From assembly GCA_013239625.1 (NCBI GenBank), contig MU057344.1, positions 250,276-314,275 of the forward strand: a DNA stretch of 64,000 nucleotides, in the 5' to 3' direction. The position numbers and the translations under genes are program-made. The notes below the pieces were generated by a model. It did not search any database. It worked only from the letters and a program-made list of their open reading frames with translations, and was not told the DNA's origin. Source of the DNA: Lama guanicoe. Its lineage: Eukaryota. Of this stretch, positions 39,001 through 52,239 are shown in pieces (positions within the stretch are counted from its first letter, which is position 1; every line of letters begins with the position of its first letter).

Positions 39001-42000
39001 AGCCTCCTGCAAGGGCCTCGGCTTTGCGGTAGATTGGCCGGAGCCCAGCCCGCGGTCCTCCCTGAAGGCCAGTGGGGATGTCTGCTTGGCAGACAACACC
39101 AGCGAGGGCCCCTCTCACCTCATGTCCTCTGTTCCCGGTCCCTGGGCCCACCGCCCCTCTGCCTTCCTGTGCTGCCCTCTGCTGGCAGCCCCAGGCCCCC
39201 AGGGTCAGGGCAGTTTGGCCGTACCATCGCCGTCGGGGTCTACGGCGCGGAAGTGCACCTTGCTCTCCGCGATGGCTTCCTGGAAGTGCTCGGCCGTCTT
39301 CTCCATGATCCACTGCTGCATCTCCTTGGCACTGATCTTCCTGTCAGTGTTCAAATCCACCCTGCAGGCACAGGAGACACATCAGACGGGTCCAGGGCCC
39401 CAACAGACAGACGAATGGACAGAAGGATGGCCAGAGGGGCTCCACAGAGAGTCATGAAACCCCATGAACAGTGATGATGCAGGAGAAGACAGGGGACGCG
39501 GGGGGACATTGGGCCCTGCAGCTGCCACTTACTGTCACTACCCCCCAGTCTTGGGCCTGCTGGGAGGGGAACCACCTCCCCTCCTTGCTGCAGAACATCA
39601 ACCCACAGACCCAGACACTTGGGACACAGGCCCAGCAAGCTCCTGGTAGCAGGATCAGAGTTCAGATACCAGAGCAAAGTCGAGTTTACTGACAGATACT
39701 GGCAACTAGACAGTATGTGCAGGCAGGTGTGTGTGCACCTATGTACGCACTGTGGACACAGGCGGGAACACACGTGCACGCGTGGGCTGGCACACACCCG
39801 TGTACTCCTAGGTCAGCACATGTGCGTATGTTATCAAGCTCTGTCTACAGAGAGGACCACAGGCAACAAGACCCCCAGCAGCAGCACCCACCCCCGCAGC
39901 CCCAGGCCTGGTTTCCAAACCCTGCTCTCTGGTGAAATGAACCAGCGCCCGAGAACTCGGTGATTCCAGGCTGAGGCAGAGACACAGGATGAAGTGAAGC
40001 TGGAGTAGCTGGCGGTGCCAGAAAGGAAGGGCCGGCTCAAACGACAGGCGGGCGGGGGCGCTGGGGAGCTCCCAGTGGCCAGGCTGACACCCCCATGACG
40101 TCACGGGGGCATCAGGCACCTCCAATCTGAGGTGACCAGAGAGCCACCTCATCTCCGGGCTCTTCTTTCCAAAAACCCACAAACCCTGTCTAAACACGAG
40201 AAAACACATTCAACAAATCCCAAATCAGGGACAGTCCACAAAACACCTGAGCAACCCTCCTCAACTGTCACGTCATGGAAAACTGGGGCCGCGGATGGGA
40301 CCCAGGGCAGCAAGGGACCTGAAGCCTGGAGGGTGGGTAACAGTCACAGAGCACTGTTCCATCTTAACTCTGACTCGTGGGCCTCAGCCTGCAACCTTCC
40401 TGTAAATGGAACATCATTCCAAAACAAACACCCTGCACAAGAAGCACCGCGACAGCGTGACTTTCATTTGCTCAAAGCTGGGTGCTGAGACCACACGACT
40501 GCTCAGCTCTGGGCGGGGAGCAGGGGGGCAGGAGCAGCAGATGTGCGGCAAAAATGTGGGGCCCCATGTGCCGGTGGCAGCGCCGCAGGGTGGGACGGCT
40601 GTAGGTGGGAGTCTCTGTAGACAACTTCTGGGTGAAAAAATGAACACGGAGTAGACACTCCCCGACTCCAACCCTGTCAAACACAGAACGTGCAACAAAA
40701 ACGCACAACGTGGTCAGACATGGCCCGAGTTCGGGTGCACTGGCCAGTGGGACGCCCTGCCCCTGGTGGGCCACTGTCCTGCAGCCCCAGTGATCTGAAC
40801 TCAGCATCTGAACCCCAATCCCACCCCCAGAGCTGGTGGCGAGGACAGCTCCACTGCTCCCAGCTCCGCATTCCAGGGACCCAGGGCTCCATGCAGGAGG
40901 GGCTGCCGCCAACACCCACCCCGGGGAGCCCCATCGGGCGTTACGGAGACAAGGACAGGCCCCCACCTCACCACCTTCAGATCCCCCAGAAGCCACCTGC
41001 CCCTGTGGCCCTTCTCTCTGTTCCCTCAAGACGAAAATTTCACTTCACAGGACAGTGAGATCTGTGCACGAGGCTTTGGTCGCTTCAACTGCCAACATCA
41101 GTTTCTCAATGCAAAGTGGGAGCACCCAGGAAGGCTAGCCAGGTGGGTGCATCGGGGCATCCACTGTCCCCGCCTCCAGCACCGCCCTCCAGCCCTCCAC
41201 CTGTTCTCTACCATTATCCCTCCCGTCCCCCCTGGAGAAGCCAGCACTGTGGGCCAGGACCTGACTCTCCCCAATACCCAGGACGCAGGCCTCGCAGGCC
41301 CCACATCACAGACAAGGACGCTGAGGCCAATGGCTCAGGCCACGTGACCTCTGTGTGCCCAGCCCTGCCCAGGAGGAAACCAGTCTCCTGCCTGGAATGG
41401 ACGGCCGCCAGTCCCAGCCTGACTGGTGACCCTGGAGGCCACCACATCTTCAGTACCCTGAGGGCCTGGGACCCACCAGCCGGGGCAGAGGCAGGGCCCT
41501 TGAGAGCAGCACAGCCGGCCTGCTAGTACCTCACTTGCCCTCAACAGTGCAGAGAGCAAACCACTCAGCCTGACAGACCCAGTCAGCATCTGGCTCCACC
41601 TGGAGGGCCTCTGCCCGGTGCTCCCAGACCAGACCCACGCCTTCCCCACCACCTGCACAGGGCAGCCTGCCCGCCGCAAGCTCCCTTGCTCTGTGGGCCC
41701 TGCTTCCTGCTCCACCCGCTGCAACCTGCCCTGGGCTCCAGGTCAGCAAAACAGTGTAGGCTCCACGTACGCATTCACAGGAGCGGGCAGACTCGCCAGC
41801 AGAGCCAACGGCACACGTGCCCTAACCAGCTACACAACCACGTGGCCTGCGGACTCTGCGCACCTCCAGGTCCTGGCCGCCCGCCAGGCAGCCTGGCTGG
41901 TGCTGCGACAGCCCCACGACCAGCAGGGCCCTGGCTGGAGATGGGCGCTCCTCCAGGCCAGCCCACAGCCCTCCAAGCTGCAAGGCCGTGGGGACTGCAG

Positions 42001-42530
42001 GGCAGCCAGGCCCTCCGAGTCCCTCCTGACACAGGGCGCAGCACAGGCTGCACGTTCCACAGCTCAAACGTGGCAAACTTTCCCAGAGCAGCTGTCACGG
42101 CACTGCCTCCGCGACATATCACAAGTAGGGCTGTCATCTCTGTGCTCCGTGGAGCCGGGCCTGGACCGACAGGGCGACCAATGCCAGCCGCCCCGCACAC
42201 CCCGCAGCCCCCACCCGATTCCTACTTGGAGAAGATGACCATCAGCTTCCTCCGGCTCCTCCGAGGCTCTGCATCGTCCTCGAACCCCTTTGTATCCTTC
42301 CCCAGGAACACCTCCTGGTGGAAGTCCTTGTTCAGGTGCCCGTCCATCTCCAGCTTCACCCCGTTCAGGTGGTCCGGGGGCAGGATCTCATTTTCCTCCC
42401 TGTTACCTGCTCTCTCTCTAGCAGATGAGTGGTTGGCAGGCCGGGCAGACACGTCCACCAGGAAGAAGACCCCCAGGAGCCAGAGGCAGCAAGGAACCAG
42501 GCCGCAGAGGGGAGCCGGCCTGGACGCCAT
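33080..42530 (-). CDS. SDF4: 45 kDa calcium-binding protein Cab45 (stromal cell-derived factor 4, CREC family), 355 aa
   Basis: Coding exons 42530-42226, 39361-39225, 38892-38779, 34721-34563, 34285-34110, 33256-33080 (1068 nt, in phase). Signal peptide, EF hands ([57 protein letters not shown]), C-terminal HEEF. Non-coding first exon has its donor at 44982. Confidence 0.98.
34931..35440. repeat. 57-bp minisatellite (7 near-perfect copies plus a degenerate tail) in an SDF4 intron
   Basis: Unit ggacacagaccccctcagacacagatccccctccccctcccacacacacagacccct starting at 34931, 34988, 35045, 35102, 35159, 35216 and 35273. Confidence 0.97.
35960..36310 (+). mobile_element. MaLR (MLT1-type) LTR fragment
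   Basis: gggacctgatttggataaaaggtctttgcagctgtaattagttaaggatcttg...gggccctaaaccca resembles MLT1. Boundaries approximate. Confidence 0.65.
36570..37900 (+). mobile_element. Degenerate LINE-1 ORF2 fragment in an SDF4 intron
   Basis: A-rich, with L1 RT-region text: ggtgaatcctaccaaac, agaccagtatctcacatgaac, gggatttatcacaggaaagcaagg, ctgtctttgttcaacgatgtcatgat. Boundaries approximate. Confidence 0.75.
40150..40320 (+). mobile_element. Old L1 (L1MC-like) 3' fragment
   Basis: ccaaaaacccacaaaccctgtctaa...caaatcccaaatcagggacagtccacaaaacacctgagc resembles an L1MC 3' UTR. Confidence 0.45.
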
Positions 42531-43009
42531 GGCCGCCGAGGTCTGTGCTGCAGGACAGCCTGCAAGTGTCGCCAGGAGCTGGGGAGAGAGGGGAGAGGCA
42601 AGTGAGGCAGTGAGGCCCACTGCCAGGTGGGCAGAAGGCTTGGTGCCATCACTGCAGCTGTGAGCCTAAATAGCCCCAGGCTGCCGCAGCCCGACCAGAG
42701 TTAACGTCTACAAAGCAGACACAGCTGTCGCTTTATGGAGCTGCCCCAGCAGGTACTTCACATGGAGACAAAGGAGTCCCTGGCGCCCAGGACCCGCGCA
42801 GGGCACGCCACTTCTCCTTGCTCCAGCGCCCGCCCTCCTACTCAGACGATGGTGCCCCATCTCAAGGCACGCCCTGCACCACGAACCCTGCCCCTTCCCA
42901 AGGCCCACGGCGGCTGTTCCAAGTACTGTCTGCTTCCGTCCCTCCTGGCATTGAAGCTGACCCCAGCAAGCTCGCTCACCACCCCTCCTACTCCCCATCT
43001 CCAAGCCCC

Positions 43010-43145
43010 CTGTGCACACACACACAAGCGGACACAGCACGTGCATGCATGCACACACACACTCGTGTGCATGCATACACATATGCACACATGCAGGCAT
43101 GTATTTACACGTACACACACCCCTACACGTGTACACAGACACGCA
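43010..43145. repeat. Imperfect alternating purine-pyrimidine (CA/TG) tract
   Basis: tgtgcacacacacac...gtgcatgcatgcacacacac...gtacacacac in SDF4 intron 1. Confidence 0.7.
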
Positions 43146-44599
43146 TCCTTGCTCATGTTCGTGCAGGAACACTGAGAAGGCCTGAATGCCCGGGAAGTCT
43201 GTCACCCTGGGTGTGCCTGGGCCTGGCGGTAAAAGAAAGAGGCCCCTCTCTGTCCACGTCAGGGACCTGGGCCACCCAGCCTCTCCCACATGCGCTCTCC
43301 CACCTGGGCCAGCCTGCCTCCCCTCACCCCCGACCCCAGCCCAGCCCTGGGGCTCCTTCTCCAGGTTTCCTCCCCAATCCCCACGGGGCCTCTCAGAGAC
43401 CTTCACACTTTACGGATCACTGAAAAGGGAAGTGCAGCTCCTTCCTTCCCTAACATGTTTCTGTTGGAGCCTATCCACCTGGCAAACACCCGCTGGCCGT
43501 GTCAGGTCCGCAGAGGCCCCACCTCCTCTGGCAGGCCCCTGGCACCCAGGGCCCGAAGAGGGTGGCTTGGAAACACTCACCCCAGGTCAGGGTGCTGTCT
43601 GCAGCCAAACTGAGGCCCAGGGATTCCAGAACCACAGTGCCCTCCAACAAGCAAAACAGACTCCCATGCTGGTCGGCAGCACAGCCATCACACCACACCG
43701 GGGGCCAGGACAAGGGCTCTCCCTGGCTGGTGGCCATCACTTGCTTTTTTGATGCCTCTTTCCTCCCCTGCCTGCCCCTGACCCACATCACCCCTGGCAG
43801 GTGGACACCATCACACGTCGGTCCTCTGGGCCTGTCGAACCCTGTTTTCCCAGCTCAGCTGGCCTGTTCCTTTGAGGGAGAAACTCTCTCACGAAGGGCT
43901 GCCTTATGTCCCTCCTTCCACGTCCGTGAGGGCCTGCAACCTACCCGCACCCACTAGAACCCACCACCTATGCTCTCGTAACCATCCCCTGGACCACCTT
44001 TACTGAAATTCCCACTTGTCCTCCTCTGTGGGCACCGTGCCAGCACCTGCCACACTCCCCACACAGCAAGCACTCAACAAAACTGAGGGAACAAAGCCGG
44101 GCGTTTCTGCCCCACCCCAGTGTGCACGTTCCCGAATCCTGGAGCAAACCAGGACAGCTTCCTCCCAGCCTCAATGCCACCCCATGACCGTGGCCATAAA
44201 AACACGTCTCATGTCCAACAGACTGTGCTTTGCTTTTTGAAAGAATAGTCAATCCTCGATTCTACTTACCTTCTTGCTGGGTAGTGCAGGAAATGTTATC
44301 TACACGATGCTTTGCACAAGAAGTAACCCCAAGACAACTGGTAACTCCTCTCGTGGAGGCCTGTTGGAGGCTCCGCCAAAATAATACATATCACGAAGCC
44401 AAGCAAACTCCCTTTTCTCCGTTCACGTTTATTTAGCTTCGCAACACACGCAGAGCAGCACGGCTGAGGACCTGGGTCAGTGGACCTCGGTCAGTTGCCC
44501 GCTTCCTGCCCCTGGTGGGATTTCAGAGCAGGCTCTGCCCTGTTGACATGGGACCCCACCTAGGACTCCTAGCCTAAGTGGAGGCAATACTTCCCGGCC

Positions 44600-46300
<1,701 letters not shown>

Positions 46301-47657
46301 CCGGCCTGCACGCAGTCCTGCTGCATGTGAGGGTGCAGGGGAGGCCAGGACAGAGTCACTGGGGGGTCTGTGGGGCAGCAGCTGACATGGCCTCCCACGG
46401 CCTTACACTGGCAAAGCCCACAGCTTCTGGCTAGCTGTGAGGATGAAGGCAGCCCTCTAGAGGACCTGGGCTACCCATCTGCCATGGGCCTTTGGGTGGA
46501 TGCCAAGCAGCGGTGGATAACTCCTAGGCCCCAGCTCCAGTCTTCACCCAGGAGTCCGCCTCCATGTCCATACGTGGCAGCCTAGTCAAGCACAGGTCTG
46601 GGAGACCCCTAGGGCAGGCCGGAGCTAGCGTCATGTCCTGGTAGAAGGGTCCTGTCCTGCATTTGGACATTGCCTGGATTAGGGAGCAGCCTGGCTGTGG
46701 GAGCGCCAGCAGACAGCCCCAACGGAGACCTGTCCATTCACTGTCCTCTCCTGAGTCAGGGCTAAGGAGCCAGAGGCTGTAGCTGACCGGAGTTGCAGGA
46801 CCTGACCCCAAAGAAGAATTTCTGACACTTTCTGTGGTGGGACAGTGTCATGTCCTGCATCCATTGTGCTGACCACCCCCCTAGGAAATCGGTCTGTGCT
46901 GAGAACTGTGACTGCCGCAGACTGACCCAGGGCCCTGGCACTTGGACCCACCGGCTTTACTGGAGATGGCTGTCATTCTGTTTGGTCAAGTCAGCCAACC
47001 CTGTGTCTCCTGTTGGTATTGCTGTCACACGTCTGTCTAGGATTTAGCTCCACTTTGTGTGAACCAGCATTCGTGGCGTTTCGGTCTGTGTGCTGCCCTG
47101 GGGTGGAATGGTGCAAGTAACTCAGCACTGACCTGCAGTTTATTCACAAGCTTTGTAAATTTGTGATGATGAGAGTTCACGTTGGGGGTGCGTAGGTCTG
47201 TATGTGTTTTAAATTATTTAAGAGAAAACTTTTCTATCAGAACTTGGACTTGTGGCTTAATATGTTTTTACAGCCTGAGTTGTAGACCACTGGCTGCTGA
47301 AGTGTTGAGACATGCAAGCATTTAAAGCATCTGCTTCTCTCCTGTTTGCACTGAAGGCGATCTCACTGTCTCAGTATCTGAAAAGACTTTCCTTGACAGC
47401 TTCCTTGTGGCCACATGGAGTAAGTGTTTCTCACTTGCTAGTCTGTTATTTTAGACTCTGGGCCCCAGTCCCGGAAATTGAACCTTGGGAAGTATTAACA
47501 AGGTTTCCCAAAGTCTGCCTTGAGACAGCGTTGCTGCAGCATGTCCCCTTGGAGACAGGGCATTCATGGCACCCTAGCACGTCCCCAGAAGGTTGGGGCT
47601 GCCTTTTTTTCCCCCATTAAACGTGAACAGTGAGTGCTGTGGTCATCACAGAAGTAA

Positions 47658-47663
47658 AATAAA
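47658..47663 (+). terminator. Poly(A) signal AATAAA of B3GALT6
   Basis: AATAAA at the end of a T-rich 3' UTR-like region; ATTAAA also at 47616-47621. Confidence 0.65.
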
Positions 47664-47859
47664 GTGGCTCTGGGATGATCAGGAGCCCCTCAGGCCAGCG
47701 GTGTGAGAGCGCATGCACCTTCACTCTGGCTCCAGTTGGACTTTCTGGCTGGGTCACCAGGCTGTGCCACCGTTATGTGTGTGTCTGCAGTTCCGGGACA
47801 GTGGGAACGAGAGGGTACAAGCTTCTGATTTCCCTATTCACTGCCGTTCTTGTACCTTC

Positions 47860-48205
47860 TCAGGCCGTGGTGTCTTGGTCAGCTCGGGCGGCCGGGACAA
47901 CACTGCAGATCAGGTGGCTTAAACAGCAGACGTCTGTCTCTGTCTCTCTCGTGGCTCTGGGCGCTGGGCGTCTGCGGGCAAGGTGCCAGTGTGGTCGGGG
48001 CCCGGTGAGGGCCTTTCCAGGCGCACCAGCCGCCATCCGGCTGTGCTCATGGTGCAGGGAGAGCCAGGGCAAGCTCTCTGACGTCCCTTCTTGTCAGGAC
48101 ACTGATCCCACCATGCAGCCCCACCTGTCCCTGATCCAGACACAACCGCACCCTGGGTCTGGGCGAATTCCCTCCATCTGAATTTGGGGGAACAGTCAGC
48201 CCACA
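47860..48205 (-). mobile_element. MaLR (MLT1-type) LTR fragment
   Basis: ggtggcttaaacagcagac...gcaaggtgccag...aatttgggggaacagtcagcccac matches the reverse-orientation MLT1 pattern. Confidence 0.6.
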
Positions 48206-49719
48206 TCAGCAGGTTTGGTTATTTTTGTCTAAATGTAGCGGAATATCCAGATCTCGGGGCCTCGGGCTGGAAAGAAGAGGGGTGGCTTGTAACCTGCTTG
48301 TGACTCTTCTGGCTTGAGGCAGAGGCCCCAAGACCTGACAGCCCTGATTATGAGGTGAGTGTGAGCCTTGCGCCAGGACTGACCGCGCTGCAAGACAAGG
48401 ACTCGGTAGAGGATCCAGGTTTGGAGACACCAGGGCAAGCAGACCAGGGCCCTGCACCCCCCTGGGTAGGGACAGGTTCCTGAGGGATGCTGACCACAGC
48501 AGGACCCAGTTCCCATTGACCATCTGCCTGGGACATCTCGTCTGAACCTCAAACCATCAGAGGAGCTGATGTGCGCACGAGTCCACTTTTCAGAACAGGG
48601 GAAGGCTCTGGGAGACGTGGCACAATTTGCCGAGGCCAAGGTGGCCAGGGCAGAGCCGACATTCGAGCTAAGGGTGGATGCTCAGATCCCTGCCCAGCAC
48701 CCAGTCCTGCCAGAGAGTGAGTGCCATGGAACACATGGCACCAGTGTCTGAGACTCCTGGTAAAAATCTTAACATTCCAGGCACCTGTCTGGGGGAGGGG
48801 CTGGGCACTCGTGAGCTGTAACATTTAGTTGAACCACGTGAAAGTGCCAACGTGCAACCATTTTTGACCAACAGGATTAGAAACGTCATATTGTTCGGCC
48901 TAAAGCATAATGTTTTAAAACAACAGACGTGCCCCAAGCTGACCACGCACCTGCGGTCGACGCGAGGTCAGGATTCAGACAGCACTTCGGAGCTGAAAGT
49001 GGGGCCCCTTCCTAGAGGGACCGAAGGCCACCCCTTATCAGTGGTCCTGGAGTCTGTGGACAGGCCGCACGTGGCCTTCACAGAGCCCAGCCTGCCGCTG
49101 GCCTGGGTGGAGTCTGCTCTCCTCCAGCCTCTGCCTCTCTGCTCCTGCCCCTGTTCCTGTCTGGTAGATTCTCTCAGCCAGGGTGCCAAACCCTCACCCT
49201 CCGTGCTTCCTGGCACTGTCCCTTCCTATGGCCCCTCCCCCAGGCAGCCCTCCTGGTCTGCACCTCCCACCTGCACCACAAGGTCCACGCTGTCTGGTGT
49301 GTGTGGCCTGTGGACAGAGAGGCAGAGCCCAGGCAGCCCAGGGTTCAGAAGACGGCAGGCTCGCAGGAGATGGGATGTCAGAGCACAGAACCGGCTTCTA
49401 GTGGGGAGTTTAGGATACAGGACAAATCAGTCTCTCTCCTTAAGTAGCCATCAGAGCTAGAGCAGGCGGGGGTCACCTCGTGGGGCACACAGCCCACAGG
49501 GAGCTGGGCGGGGCCCTCTCCTCCTGGGCACACTGGTCCTGCCCTTCCCTGCCCCCAAGATTGGCGGAGAAAGCAGGTTTGGGGAGAGACCGCAGGCTGT
49601 GTGAGGACCAGCATGACGCACCCACCCTCGTCCCTGGAAACAGCTCCTTCATCCCCCACAGATGGAGACGTGAGAGTCCAAGGCCTCAGCCGAGGACCCA
49701 GGACAATCCCGGGAGTTTA

Positions 49720-49995
49720 TGTGCCGTGTCTTTCTATTTCTGTGACGTTCTTGGACTGATGGTCACAGAGGTGAGGGTCAGATTATGCTGCCAGGGCTCA
49801 AGGAGGGAGGGGGTGGCTCCTTGTGGGGGTAGAAATGTCCTGCACTTGTCCTGACTGTCCGGGGCCTGGTTGTGATACTGTCCTGTAGGTTGGGGGAAGC
49901 CTGGGGGAGGGGCGCACAGGACCTCCCTGCAGTGTCTCACGCCTGCTTGTGAACGTACAATTATCTCAAAACTAAAGGCTTAGTTTAAAAGCAGA
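49720..49995 (+). mobile_element. Old L1 (L1MC-like) 3' end fragment
   Basis: ggttgtgatactgtcctgtag...gcacaggacctccctgcagt...acaattatctcaaaactaaag. Confidence 0.5.
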
Positions 49996-51419
49996 TACTA
50001 CATCACTAATCAATAGAATAGAAACATAGGGCGGAGAGACTGGAGGAGGCTGTGCCCTCAGGACAGCCCAGGTGGAGAGGGCGGGCTTGGTTCTGTGTCA
50101 CTGCACTGCTGGGGTCACCACACAGCCACAGCTGGGGCCACACTATCTACCCTAACCCTAACCCCCAAACCCCCCAAAGTCTGGGTCCACCTGGTGTGGC
50201 AGAGTTGGCAGGACCAGTGCAGGATCTGGGTGCAGTGGGGGCCAGGGGTTCACCCAGCATACGTAGCTTCCAGAGGAGAGGTGGGACAGAAAGGGGGGAG
50301 GCTCCCCTCAAGTGAGCCCAGAGGTACACCCCGGGCCCCGCCTTGCAGGCTGGTGTGCAGCTTGGAGCTGGGAGACCAGCTGCCCAGCTGCCCCTCCTGT
50401 CCCTGTGCGCACGGCCAGCTCCGACTCGTCCCCACGTTCTCCCTTCCCTGCCCCCTGAGTGTCACCACAGTTCTGGTCTCGGGACCCCAGCTTCATGTGC
50501 ACGTGACAAAAATCGAAATGTTCAGGCTTAAAGATCCCTCCTGTTGGAAGAGCCGCAACCCTGAGGGGTCTGGTTCTCTGCAGGGAGCTGTGCCCAAAGA
50601 ACCTTGCTAGGTCCAGGTCAAGGGAAATGGGGAGGGGACAACGCAGCAGCCCCCAGGATGCTGACATCATCTGGGTGGGGGTGATGGATGCTGCCTCCTG
50701 CTTCACCTCCAACCCAGCTCTGAGCAGTGGGGCTGCTGGGGGCCAGCAGGAAAGCCAGGGCCCGCCCAGCCTGGCACTTAGAGCAGGAGGAGGGAGCAGG
50801 GCACCCAGGGGCCCGAGCCATCATGTCCTGGGCTGTGCTTGGCCCTGCTGCCTGTCCCCCACCACCTCCCCACCCTCAGGCCCCTCACCCCTGCTCCTGG
50901 CTGCAGCCTCCTCTGCCCTCCCCGTCCCCTGCTCACCCCCACTGCCCATCTCATGTGTCCCTTACCTCAGTCCTCCCCATCCCTTATTCACTCAGATGTC
51001 ATCCCTCAGGGAGGCCAGTTCAGATCACCAACCAACCGCCCCTGCCCCGTAGTCTCGCCTTCCCTGGCCTTCCCCTGTGTGCCTGGATGTCCCTGGGTCT
51101 GTGCTGCCCCAGGAGTGAGACTCACCCGGGACCAGGAGCCTTTCACCTGTCCACCTGCTGAGCCTAGCCGCTCAGTAGATGCAGGCCAGGAGGCAGAGCT
51201 GGCGCTGCCAGGCACCTGAAGCCACGGACTCAGCCAGCCCCAGGTCCTCTGGACAGGCCTGCACGGCTGCTCAGTTCTCCCTGGTTGCAGCCTCAGGATG
51301 CGAGGGGCTGCAGTGTGTGGGTCTCCTAGGGCGTGTCCCCATCCACAGCCTCCACCCACCCAGGTGGGGCCCAGGCTTGGCTGCGGTCACGGTAATCAAG
51401 GGCCTTGCCACGGGCTGCC

Positions 51420-51760
51420 ATGTGTCCCCCAAAAGACAAGTTGAGGTCCCAACCGCCAAGACCTTTGAACGTGGCCTGATTGGGAAGCAGGGTCTGGGCA
51501 GGTGTGACAAAGGTAAGCGGAGGTGGCAGGGCCCTACTGCGAGGGGCTGGTGTCCTTGTAGGAGAAGAAGACAGAGGCCCGGGGGGGGGGAGGCCCCGGC
51601 CACTGGGCAGAGTTCGGAGCAATACGGCCACCCGATGCCAGGATTGCCAGCCGAGTCCACCCAGAGTCTTGGAGTCTGCTGAGCCCTCGATTTCAGCTGC
51701 TGCCCCAGACGTGCGAGGCTGCATTTCCGTTGCTTGAAGCCCCCAGTGTGTGGTGCTTCA
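51420..51760 (+). mobile_element. MaLR (MLT1-type) LTR
   Basis: tgtgtcccccaaaagacaagttgaggtcc...gaacgtggcctgattgggaagcagggtc...ttgcttgaagcccccagtgtgtggt. Confidence 0.65.
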
Positions 51761-52239
51761 CCCCACCGGGGCCCTGGAGGCCACCTGCCTTCTGCCTCCC
51801 AACTCCAGGTGCTAGGCAGGCACCTGCCGGGGCACCGCAGATGCCTCAGCCACTGGCTGGGCCCAACCTTCCCCACCTCCCAGGGATCAGCACAGACCCT
51901 GTCATCTTGGGCAGGCCTGCAATGTCCAGCCCCTGGGCTGGGAGGACGCGGCCTGCAGCAGCCACACACCAGGCCTTCCCACAGCCTGTCCCTCAGGCTG
52001 CCTCCATCCGCCAGGCCTGGCCCTCACCCCCACCGGCTGGGTCCCAGCCCACGATCTGCAGGGTCTGACGGGGTGGCCAGCCATCTTCTGGGGCCTCCAC
52101 CTGCCCCCGTACACCCTGTCCACACCGTGAGACTGCTGACTTTCGCATCCAGGGCCCCAGGGAGCATGCGGCAGGTGACTGCAGGTAGACAAAAAGCAGG
52201 CCGGGTGCCAGCCCCCTACAGGGCCCCCAGGGGAACTTC

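Noticed and set aside
48750-48930. AT-rich patch resembling a DNA-transposon remnant
   Set aside because: Could not identify paired terminal inverted repeats or a family.
50150-50166. (CCCTAA)2 telomere-like motif
   Set aside because: Two units only; compatible with chance.
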